DNA of 64,000 nt from Guillardia theta CCMP2712 (Eukaryota; Protista; Cryptophyta), in NCBI RefSeq assembly GCF_000315625.1, contig NW_005434661.1, positions 601,548 through 665,547 on the forward strand. The letters are read 5' to 3'. The position numbers and the translations under genes are program-made. How positions within the stretch are numbered: the first letter of the stretch is position 1; the number at the start of each line of letters is the position of its first letter. The notes beneath the pieces were generated by a model that was given only the letters and a program-made list of their open reading frames with translations, searched no databases and was not told where the DNA came from. Of this stretch, positions 33,259 to 43,233 are shown in pieces.

Positions 33259-35425
33259 TTACGAGCGTCCAAACTTGATTCGATAAGCTTCTGCTGCAGG
33301 AGCAGCGTCCTTCTCCCTTTCCTCCCCCTCCTTCCCCTTCCCCTCCTTTCCTCCCGCCTTCTTCTTCTCTGTGTACACCATCCCTGTCAAACTAAAGATT
33401 GTAATGCAACAAAAGCTCAAACCTGCTGGCCGTGAGAATGCAGGAGGGTTCTTCTTCACCGTTGATTTCTTGCTCGGGATAGACCAGCCCTGCCCTCCAC
33501 CTTTCTTGCCCGCCTCTGCCTTCGTCTTCTTCTCCTCCACCAACTCCTTCTCGCCCTCCTCCTCCTCCTCATCCTGCGTATCTTGCCCGGTCAGAGTTGA
33601 ACATCTCAAGCTTCCTTCTCACCTCTTGTTGCTTCTTCGTCTTCGTCTTCTTCTTCTTCTGCTCCTTGACATCCTTCTTGCTCTTCTTCGACTTCTTCAT
33701 CACGGCCTCCTTCACTTCTGCCGAAGACATCCGGATCAGGTCGTCTTCCACCTGCCCTGCTGTCAATCTCTAGGCACATCCGACCGCCTGCTCCTCACAG
33801 TGAACGTCCAGTCGGGCTTGTACTTGCACAACACAGATTTGAGATCCCTCAAGCTCGGAAAACACTGTATCCTCTGGTCAGCATGGCCTCTGTTGCCGGC
33901 CCGCTCCTCTCTCCTCTCTCCTCTCCCTCCTCTCCTCTCCTTTTTACTCAGCAGTACTATCCTTCTCTTCCTCTTCCTGCCTCCCGCATGATCTCTCTTC
34001 ACCTCCGACTCGAAGTCTCCTGCGCAGTCTCGGTAACCTTGGAGACTCAAGTTCAGCACAGCAGCAGAGCACAGCATCGCTCCGCTCCTCGACCTCGGAA
34101 CAGCCGAGCGTCGTCGATCAGGATGGTGTCTTGCTCGTGGACGTGCTGGAGGGTGTGAAAGAGCTCCTGCAGGACCTAGGAAGCTATTCCTCACAACCCC
34201 GGCAGCCTCCTCGTCTTACCGCACCGGCGTGTCCATGGTCGACTTGGACGTCTCGAACCGAGACCCTGAGAAATGTCCATCCAACCAGAAGATGGCTGCT
34301 TTCGACCGATCCCGCTTCTCAAGGAGAACAGGAAGCACGTCCACCTGGAGGGAGGGAGGGTCAGAGGTGCGGCAACGGAGGGCAAACACTGTCAGGTACG
34401 CTGTCTCCCGTGATGATCTGGATGTTGTCGTGCCCTTGGAACCTCTTCCTCGCCATGTCAGCGATCTGAGAGCTGATCTCGATGGACTTGATCCTAGGAA
34501 AGTGATCCTTGATCCCGTTCAATGTCTCCCCGTACCAAACACCTGCCGCACCCTAATCAACACTCCACCCCCCAGCAGCCTCCAGCGAACCTGTCTCGTA
34601 GAACTCCTCTGCGCCTGTCTGAGCCTTGTAGTCGAGGATGTACTTGACCTTCTTGTCCGGCGCGAGTCCCTTGTGCTTCTGGTACTTGTTCCCCTTCGGC
34701 AGCCCCTTGTCATCGCAAGCTTCGTTCCACCGTTGATTGGTGAAGTTGAGCTGCGCTTCCAGCGACAGAGACCGCTCCTCAGACGCGTGCACCAGCGAGA
34801 AGATGCGCTTGTGCGCCATGGCATTGTCAGGGCGATATCGCAGCACCTGCAGGTAAAGGTGCACAGCATGGTCGACCTTGCTATGTGTCTCAAGGATCCT
34901 CGCAAGCTTCACAAGGTCCTCCACCCTCCCCTCCACGTTGAGCTCCTTGCTGCTCCCCAGCTCCTCTGCATCCAGGAACTCTCCTTCCTCATAGTAGTTC
35001 TTGACAGGGAGCTCATAGCAATCCGGCGGCTCTGCAAAGGCTAAATCGCCGAACTGCATCTTCCAGTGGCAGCCCAACTCCAGCGCATACTGGTAAGCGC
35101 GGCATGGTTTCCTGTATCTCTCACTGCCGTCTCCCTCACAGGGCGGGATCAGGAGATTGCAAGTGACTGCACGAAACAGCTGCTCGCAGAAGTCACCGGA
35201 GAGGCTCATCCCCCCCTTGCCCGACTCCTTCCAACGCGGGATCTCCGCGCCTACGATTTGTCGAGCCTGCGCTTCTGCCTGCTGCAGGTTGACACTGTCG
35301 TACACCATGTAGTCGAGCATGTCGCACTCCTGCAGGTCCTCCTCCCTCCTCCTGCAGGAGCTCTCTCCTCCCGAGGCCAGCCATGCCGCTACCACCACCA
35401 ACAGCACGCGGCGGGCCCAAGCCAT
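33259..35425 (-). CDS. Secretory-pathway protein: Frizzled-CRD-like Cys domain + TPR + class I SAM-dependent methyltransferase-like domain + K-rich tail
   Basis: Signal MAWARRVLLVVVAAWLASG; CRD-like FCEQLFRAVTCNLLIPPC...RKPCRAY...C; TPR AVHLYLQVLRYRPDNAMAH; spliced FYETGVWYGETL, IKSIEIS, NIQIITGDS, AIFWLDGHFSG, DTPV and TILIDDARLF. Confidence 0.7.
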
Positions 35426-35464
35426 CGCCGGACAACAGAACAAATTTCAGACAGTCCAGTCATC

Positions 35465-35750
35465 GATGGGGTGGGGTGTTTGCATGTTAAAGGTAGGGGT
35501 ACTTTTGTGAGGAGGGACAGGGTACTTTTCTCTTTGTGTTGTCAGGGTAGGGTAGGGGCAGTTGAGGATTATAACGGTCCTGATAACGGAAAATAAATTG
35601 ACGGTTAAGACATGAAACGGAATGTTGCCAGAATAGCGGGAGACCCAGAGGGGGTGGGGTACTCAGCTTCACTGACAACTAGGGGGTACTTTATCATTTT
35701 TTGAAGGGTACTCACCACCAGGGTGGCTGATGACATGGGGTGAACCCTCC
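35465..35750. promoter_or_regulatory. GGGGTA(C)-rich island in a divergent promoter (CRD-MTase / cyclophilin)
   Basis: ggtaggggtac, agggtac, agggtagggtagggg, ggggtggggtac and gggggtac. Confidence 0.45.
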
Positions 35751-35761
35751 TGAAGAGACAG

Positions 35762-36776
35762 ATGGCAGCCATGCGTGCGGTAGCGCTGCTCCTTGTGGGC
35801 ATGGCGGTGATGGCGGAGGGTAGCAAGCAGAAGCTGCTTCAGGAGGAGCTCGAGGATGCTGTCCTCACCAATACAGGAAGCAAGATCGCTACCTCCAAGC
35901 TCTACAGGACTGGAGAGCCCGTGGGAGACTTCCCCCAGCCCTCGGATCCTCGCATGAACCTCAAGTCTCCCAAGAAGTGGCAGGCAACCTTCGCCACCAA
36001 CGTTGGATCCTTCAACGTCATTGTTCACCGTGACTGGTCGCCTAAGGTATGGTTCCATGCGATGCCATGCTTCCTCCTGCTGTGGTCGATTTGAAGATCC
36101 CTAATGTTTTCTGCTCGTTTTGTACGCGTCCGTCGAGTGATGTGGCCTTTCCCTAGTGTTGTCGCGATGCATCGTAACCCTGATGACTATGTCCTGATTT
36201 TGTCACGCCAGGGTGCCGACAGGTTCTACAGCTTGGTCATGAACGACTTCTACGATGGGGCCCGCTTCTTCCGATATGCTGACAACTTCGTCGTGCAGTG
36301 GGGGTTGAAGGGAACCCCTCAGATCGACTCGCTGTACGAGAATGGCGCGAACATCATGGATGATCCTCAGTTCAAGAGCAACACCAAGGGAAGGATCACC
36401 TTCGCCACCAGCGGACCCAACACCCGATCCACCCAGGTCTTCGTCAACCTTGCGGACAACACCTTCCTGGACAGCCAGGGCTTCACTCCCTTCGGTGAGC
36501 TGGCCTCCGAGGACGACCTCAACATCTTCATGAGGAAGATCAACGCCGAGTGAGTTCTGCTGGCGGGCAGCCCTGACGATACGTTTCTCATGAGCGCGTG
36601 CAGGTACGGCGAGAAGGCGAACCAGAACAAGATCATCCACGAGGGCAACCAGTTGTACCTCAACTCTCACTTTCCCCACATGTGAGGCTTCGGAAGAATT
36701 TCCTGGTCGATGCTCAGACTGATGGTCTTGCAGGTCTTACATCAAGTCTGAGAAGGTGCAGGTCTTGGAGGAGTAA
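35762..36776 (+). CDS. Cyclophilin-type peptidyl-prolyl cis-trans isomerase with signal peptide (4 exons)
   Basis: VHRDWSPK|GADRFYSLV, FYDGARFFR, FVVQWG, SNTKGRITFATSGPNTRSTQVFVNL and FLDSQGFTPFG; stop taa at 36774-36776. Confidence 0.9.
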
Positions 36777-37144
36777 ACGGTGGTCAGTTTCCACGGGGTT
36801 GATGGAGAAGTTTTGTGAATGAATCTTAATTTTCTTTGAACTGAAGTTGCATATCAATATCATGGTTGCAACATCGTGAAACCCTCCGTGAATGGGACAT
36901 GCTGACAGTTACTAGCGTTCGTGGTCGGATTTGGCATGTGAAACTCAGGCTATGTCTCGTCACGGTAGATAACTGTAGTACCGTAGTACGCAGACTGCTT
37001 GAGCTTCCGATGCTCTTCCGATGCTCGGATCGGATCGGACGCAGTTGGCTGCTTGCCATCTTGCTTGCTCGTCCAAGAGCCTGTCCGGAGAGCCAGTGGG
37101 GAAGCCCGCCTCACCAGGACGATTCTCCAGCGCCCCGACACGCA

Positions 37145-38925
37145 ATGGGGCCAGGGACAGGGCGTAACCTGATGGCGGTGATGCTGGCATGCTGTGCCTG
37201 CTGCTCCAGCGCTTGGATGTGTCGATCCCTATCATCTCTCCCACGTCTGCGACCCTCCGCCACCTGCCTCCGTCCATCTGTGGCTCGTAGGAGTGCGCTG
37301 CTGTCGGTGCAGGCAAGTTCCGATGGCAGCTCGCAAGGTGTGTGGAGGGAGGGGTCGGTGGAGCCAGGATGCGTGCTCGTGGCGTCTCCCGAGGAAGTGG
37401 ATCACTTCTTCCGCCATGCTGTCGTCCTGCTGCTCGAACATTCCGATGGCGGATCCAAGGGAGTCGTTCTCGAGATGGCGACGGCGTTCATGCTGCAGGA
37501 AATGGCTCCAGCAGCGTTCCTGGAGCATCCTCTGGGAGAGAACTCCCTGTTCAGAGGAGGAAGCAGCGGGAACGACAAGGTGATCATGCTGCACGCCCTC
37601 GAAGACGTGCAGACCTCGAAGCCGATCGGGAGACATGGGGTGTTTGCGGGGGGCATGCAAGAAGTGAAGGAGCTTGTCTCGGAAGGAAGAGCATCGAGTG
37701 ATCAAGTCAAATTCTTGTAATCCTCCTCTCCGCCTTCGTCCTCTGACCCCATTTTATCGCCCCATCCTCCTGATCCTGATCCTGATCCTGATCCTGATCC
37801 TGATCCTGCTCCTGATACTGATCCTGATACTGATCCTGATACTGATCCTGATACTGATCCTGATACTGATACTGATCCTGCTCCTGCTCCCTGCCCCACA
37901 CACCATCCCACAACCCGGTATCTGTTTTCCATCTTCCTTATTTGGATTTACTGCAGTTTTAACCATTGCGAGTGGCTGCCGGGGCAGCTCGAGCGAGAGA
38001 TCGAGCAGAAGACTTGGAGGGTCGGCTTCATCCCTCCCCAGCTCTGCATGCGGCAGGTCCCTCCCTCCCTCCCTCCCTCCCTCCCTCCCTCCCCTGTCAA
38101 TTGACTGGTCCCTTTTCCCCGTTAGGTCTCCTCGCAGAGTGAGAGGATCAAGATGGTCGAGGGCCCTCGCTTCGACTCCACTAAGGTAGCAACGTGTGCA
38201 TGTCCTGCTCAGACCTAATGCCATGATAAAAAAATAGCCTCTCTGGGATATCATACAGGAAGACCCAGTTTTCCTCGCATCGTCCTCTTCCTCGTCTTCC
38301 TCTTCATCGCCCTCGCTTCCCACACAAGTTCGAGAGGAGGAGTCACCAAAAGAGCAGAACGAGCTGAGCCAGAGCCGAAAGTTGTTCTTTGAGCTTCTGC
38401 TCCAGGTATCGTGTTTTCCTTCGCCTCTCCATCCGATGACAACCACATTCCCTTCAGCGTATTCTCGATTTCCGCAAGGAGAATGACGTGGAAGGCGTCC
38501 TGGCGTTGCTAGATGCAGGAGCTGAAGTGTACGAGAGGAAGGGAGCAGCGAAAATCAAGAGCGTCTTACAGGTCAGGGGTTAGGATGGAGCCTAGATTTT
38601 CTCTGCCCTGCTCACTTTACCCGTGAAGGAAAAATGGTCCCAGAAGCCCTCGGTCGCCATGGAACTGAAGGGCGTGGAGTTGCAGGGAGGAACTTCAGGT
38701 GAGGAAGACGAAGAAGCTTGCTCGGCCCATCGCTCATGTCGTGATCCGCTCCTCTCCAACAGTCAGCGTCAAGTACACACTGCGAGCGGACGGCGGAGCT
38801 CAGGAAGCCTTCAGATCAGACGAGGTCAGAGGGAATCTTCCCCTGCCTCCCTCGCTCACTCTCTTGCGCAGGAGGTCATCTTCTCCTCCTCAGGCCTGAT
38901 CAGGAGCATCCGAGCGCACGGCTGA
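37145..38925 (+). CDS. DUF179/AlgH(YqgE)-like protein with plastid-type leader and a C-terminal SnoaL/NTF2-like domain (multi-exon)
   Basis: Leader LMAVMLACCACCSSA-WMC...; GCVLVASP..DHFFRHAVVLLLEH..GSKGVVL, LFRGG, FFNHCEWLPGQLEREI..W and PLWD; then NDVEGVLALLDAGAEVY...EVIFSSSGLIRSIR. Confidence 0.75.
37766..37885. repeat. (GATCCT/GATACT)n hexamer repeat, intronic
   Basis: Tandem cctgat/actgat. Confidence 0.9.
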
Positions 38926-38950
38926 TGGAAAAAGTTTTATTCAGACATGT

Positions 38951-40975
38951 CTACATGGGCCTCATAGGGTCATGCAAATCCTTGTTCTTGTTGATGAATT
39001 CAGCGTTGTGCAAGATCAATCCCCCCCCCTTGGCCCGAGAAAACACCTCAGCAAGCTCCTGTTGCCTCCCGACTTGCTTGTACTCGGGAAGGGGAGGAGT
39101 GTCCGGGAGGTCACGAATGGACTGCCCCGGAGGGGTTCTGCCGTCCTGCGGCACGTAGCCCGACCTGTATGAGAGGCTCTTGGAGAGGCTCCTGGAAGGA
39201 TCAGGGATCAGAAGCTGGATCGGAAGGCAGGACATCCTTTAGAGAAGGAAAAGACGAGTGCAACAATCATGGGAGGCAAAGCAGGAGAGGAGGAGTGGTG
39301 AGCGGAGGGGATGGTAGGAGAGGAGGGCAGGGAAGGGTAGGGGATGGTAGAGGGGGGGGGGGGGGCAAAACTAATGAGCTCATGAGCAAACGCTGTTACC
39401 TAAGGGACGACTCCTGATCCTTGACCTGCTTCCTGAGCGCGATGTTTTCAGCTTGCTCCTGCGCTCTCGTCACATCATGTAAGGCCGTGAAGACCAGCAG
39501 CGCACCTGCTCAAGAGAGCTCTGCAGCTTCTGCTGCATCCTCTTCTCGCCGGCAAGAACTCGAGAAAGGGAGTTCATCCCCTCGCTCCTGACGACCCTCC
39601 TATAGTCATGCCCGTTGGACAGGATGTCTCCTGACTGCTCCCCATCCTTCCTGGCAAAGAATCCGTGGCGATCATGCTCGTACGTCGACGGGTCATACGG
39701 AGTGCCGTATACCTGCGATGATAATTCAGAATGATCGTAGCTGACTGGCACAACGAGAATTACATCATCGACGTATGAGTTCCTCAAAGACGCGCCATGC
39801 TCGGCGCCCCGGCAGAAGGACAGGCAAGGGCTGTCTTTGAGCAGAGAGCTGCAGCCATACTTGGCGATGGTGTCCGTGCACTGGCGAGCAACTGCCGTCT
39901 TGGAATCCTCGTAACCCGTGTCGTTGTCGTTGAGGATGACGTCATCAGAGGCGGGATGCTCTCGAGTCTTCGCGTGCCTCACTTGCTTCGCCTGCGTTCT
40001 GCTCGCTGGCTCCTCTACTTTCCTATCGCTCTTCTCCCTCTTGATGTTTCCCTCTGCTATGATTGCCCGTGCTCTCCGTGCAGCCTTCCTCCTCTCCTCC
40101 GCAAGCTCCAGGTCCTTGGAGGCTTCAGAGTGCTTCTCCTGGGCGATCTTCTCCGCCTCAAACGCCTCCTTGGCTGCCCGCGCCGCCGCCTTCTCCTCTG
40201 CCTCTGCTTCCATCAGCTTCTTCCTCCTCACTGCCAACTCGTGTGCAACGATCTTGTCACGGGCATCACTCTCCTTGCCCTTGGCCTCTTCAACAGCCTT
40301 GGCCGATCGCAGAACTCCGAGGACGCTTGATTTGATCCCAGGAACCCGAGATCCCTCAGCGATGGCAGAGACTTCTTTCGTCAATCTCCTTGCGGTGACA
40401 ATCATCTTGCTCAGCTCCTCACGAGCTTGCTTGTCATCGTCTCCCTTCAAGTCAAAGACGTCCAGGTCCTTGTCATCAGACTTGATCCTGACCTGTGCTA
40501 ACTTCTTCTGGATCGCGTTCGCCGCAGAGCTCGGGAACTGGGCAGCATGCTTGATCGTGTGCCTGTGATTCGCCCAGCTTCTCTTCTCCCTGCTCCCCTT
40601 CCTGTCCAGCTGACTGCGCAGGTCCCGCACGGCATTCAGGGCATTCTTCATCTCGGCAGCCAGATCCTTGGAGGTCGTCGAGCTGTGAGCAAGAGAGGCA
40701 AGCTGGTCTATGCTCTTGGAAAGCTCGCTCTCTGTTGCCCTCGCCGCATGGCTCAGGCCATCGTCGATGGGGGCGCTGCTGACGGACGAGTGGAGAGACT
40801 GGAAGAAGCTGTTGAGCTCTCCCCGGGACCTCCGGCTCGAGATCTTGGAGGCCGACTTCATGTCATGCGCGAGCAGCGATACATCGCCTCCTCTCCTCAT
40901 CGACCACCAGCTCACGGCCACGAGCATGCAGCATGCCAGGGCTGCCGCTCCTCCAACCCTCCGAGCCCGCTGCAT
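38951..40975 (-). CDS. Uncharacterised N-terminally anchored coiled-coil protein
   Basis: MQRARRVGGAAALACCMLVAVSWW, a long A/E/K coiled coil and a small Cys motif (CTDTIAKYGC..PCLSFC). The final exon ends DLHDPMRPM*. Confidence 0.6.
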
Positions 40976-40979
40976 GGCG

Positions 40980-41530
40980 AAGGGGCGCTGATTTAATTCG
41001 GACGAAACCGCTGATTGAATCCGATCCTTGCAAATGTTCGGAAGGCCCCCGCCGGCCGGCCGGCGGCGGAAGTGGGCGCCCACGGCACTCAGATCCCGGA
41101 TCATCCGATCGGCGGATGATGCCGCCCGGGCTTCCAAGTTCACCCGGCCCACCGGGCACCGTACTGTACTCAGGGCCTGTCCGGCGCCGGACTCGCCCAA
41201 CTTGCGGCGGCAGCCTCCGCCACGGTTCGAGTCAACGGTTGATTGACCGTACCGGGACAGGAGGCTGTGACTCGAGGAGTTAAGTGCCGCAGCCTGTGGC
41301 CCAGTGATCCGACACAAGTTACGTAAGTTTACTTAACGGCGGTATCACTGTCATGTGACCGTCCCGGCGATGACCTAGTAACGGTCTGACCGTACCCGGC
41401 GTACCGTACCGTGGATCTTGCCACCCGGGGGGAGCCCCCGCTGCCCTGCCAGGCTGGCAGGGCCCGGCTGACTCGTGAGGGGGGGGCCGTTCAAGTTTCC
41501 AAAGTTCATCTTCACGCCGTGCGGCAAATC
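40980..41530. promoter_or_regulatory. CCGG/GACTC/GTAC-rich intergenic island
   Basis: Dense ccgg, ccgtacc, tgactcg and gatcc motifs upstream of the 40975 start. Confidence 0.4.
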
Positions 41531-41803
41531 GGGAAAGTCCTGCTCCAGTCTGATATCCTGCGGACCTCATGACTCGCAATGAAGTCGGAGGAGTGCCGAT
41601 TCCTGACACTGGGGATTGTGGCAAAGCAACAACATAGTGCTGCGTCCAGCTACATCTTCCTGCAGCAGCTCTCTCACTCTTAAACTCCATGGCATCCTCA
41701 GGCTGACAGCATCGTCTGGCCCCAGTGAGCGGGGACACGTAAGTGACTGATTCTGATGATTGACAGGTCCACCCGAGAATGCTTCTTGAATCATGTGGTA
41801 GGA

Positions 41804-42392
41804 GCTAGAAGTTCGTATCAGGGAAGACTCCCAAACCACCATTCTTAAACGATTCAGCACCAATTTTCACTTTGGCGAATCCATCACTGACACGATGTCT
41901 TGGACGTGTAGACGTTGCGTTCCTCAACTTCTCTCTCCTCTCTCACGGATACGGCAGTTGGGGGTCGCACCCTGCCTCTCTCCTCCCTGGCATATCGATG
42001 AAAGCCCTCAACCCTCACGATCCTTCTCCCTCCTGCACTGGACGAACCTGCGATGGCAACTGCGCGTCCCTCATCCTTGCTTCGGCGACATCATGGAGCA
42101 GCTTGCTGTAGCGCTCCACCTGCCTCTCAAAAATTGCCTTCACGTCGGCCGGCACCGCTGGGTCAGCTGTCGCCCGAGTAGCCTGCAGCAGGACCTTCTT
42201 CCATATGAACTCCTTCCTCTCCCTCTCCGACTCTGCGATGTTCTCCATGATCTGCCGCACCTCCGAGCCCGCCAGGTCCTTTCCCCTGAGCTGATCGACG
42301 TAGGAGAAGTAGCTCTGCAGCCCTGCCGTCTCCTCCTCCCCGTCGGAGGACGAGGACGACGCGCTTCCTGCCTCCCCGCCCTCTCCCTCCAT
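41804..42392 (-). CDS. Hypothetical protein (helical; 3' exons uncertain)
   Basis: A 126-aa ORF with natural composition (QSYFSYVDQLRGKDL...ERQVERYSKLLHDVAEAR) followed by a GT donor. Confidence 0.45.
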
Positions 42393-42814
42393 CACGGCAG
42401 GCCAAGGGACTCTGTTTATTTTAAGTAAATTATTTACTCAACAGACGCGCCTGTTGGGAGTGCGCATGGCTTTGTTGTTGTGCCGACGCTCCCGCCCCTC
42501 CCGCCTTCTCCCTCCCTCCCCTGCCTTCTCTTCTTCGTGCTTCGTCATCATCTCACGCCTCCGCCTCCTCCCGCTCCTCTTGCCTTCTGTTCCTTCCCTC
42601 CTCCTGCTCCTCCTTCCCTCCTTCACCCACAAACACGACCATCTCTTCGCTCCCCTCCTCCATCTTATCCAACAGCTCAACCCTCCGTCCTCCCGCTCTC
42701 CACTTCCATGCCTCGAATAGTCACAGTCCGAAAAGGAAGGAGACGATAGCAGGCCATGATTGCAGCATAGCAGGTTCAGTTTGCCCTCATTGACCTAGAT
42801 CGCAGGTCCCTGCG

Positions 42815-43176
42815 ATGCTTTTCCTTGTACCTGCTCGTCTTCTGGCTGATGTAGAGCAGTTCAAACCGTGAGTTCTCTTCCTTTGAGTGTTTCTTGTCCT
42901 CATCTCCTCCCCTTCAGCTGGCACCAAGTTGAAGGAGCTCCGTTCCAGTACCCTGGGTGCTACGTCCCTGGTGAGAAGATCAACAATCAAGATCCAGGTC
43001 ATCCCATATGCCGCTCGTGTGTGTGCTCACGACTGAAACCTGATGTCTTGTACAGGGAACATGTGGTTGCCCGATCCCCACCCGTGAGCTCTGCACTCTT
43101 GCTGCTTTGTTGTATGCTCACTCATTGGCTCTGCAGATATTCCGATGGGCAGCCATGGCCAAGCGTGATCGTGTAA
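42815..43176 (+). CDS. Small Pro/Trp/Gly-rich peptide (~55 aa) built from micro-exons; start uncertain
   Basis: In-phase GT-AG splicing gives ...PWHQVEGAPFQYPGCYVPGEKINNQDPGNMWLPDPHPYSDGQPWPSVIV*. Confidence 0.45.
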
Positions 43177-43233
43177 AGGAGCTGTATCCTTCGTTCCCGT
43201 GTTGTAATGTCTGAGAGTCCTTGTTGCAATGGA

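Noticed and set aside
40885-40905. MRRGG after the N-terminal hydrophobic segment as a third LRGG-type leader
   Set aside because: It lacks the Leu of LRGG and directly follows the membrane anchor with no linker; likely coincidental.
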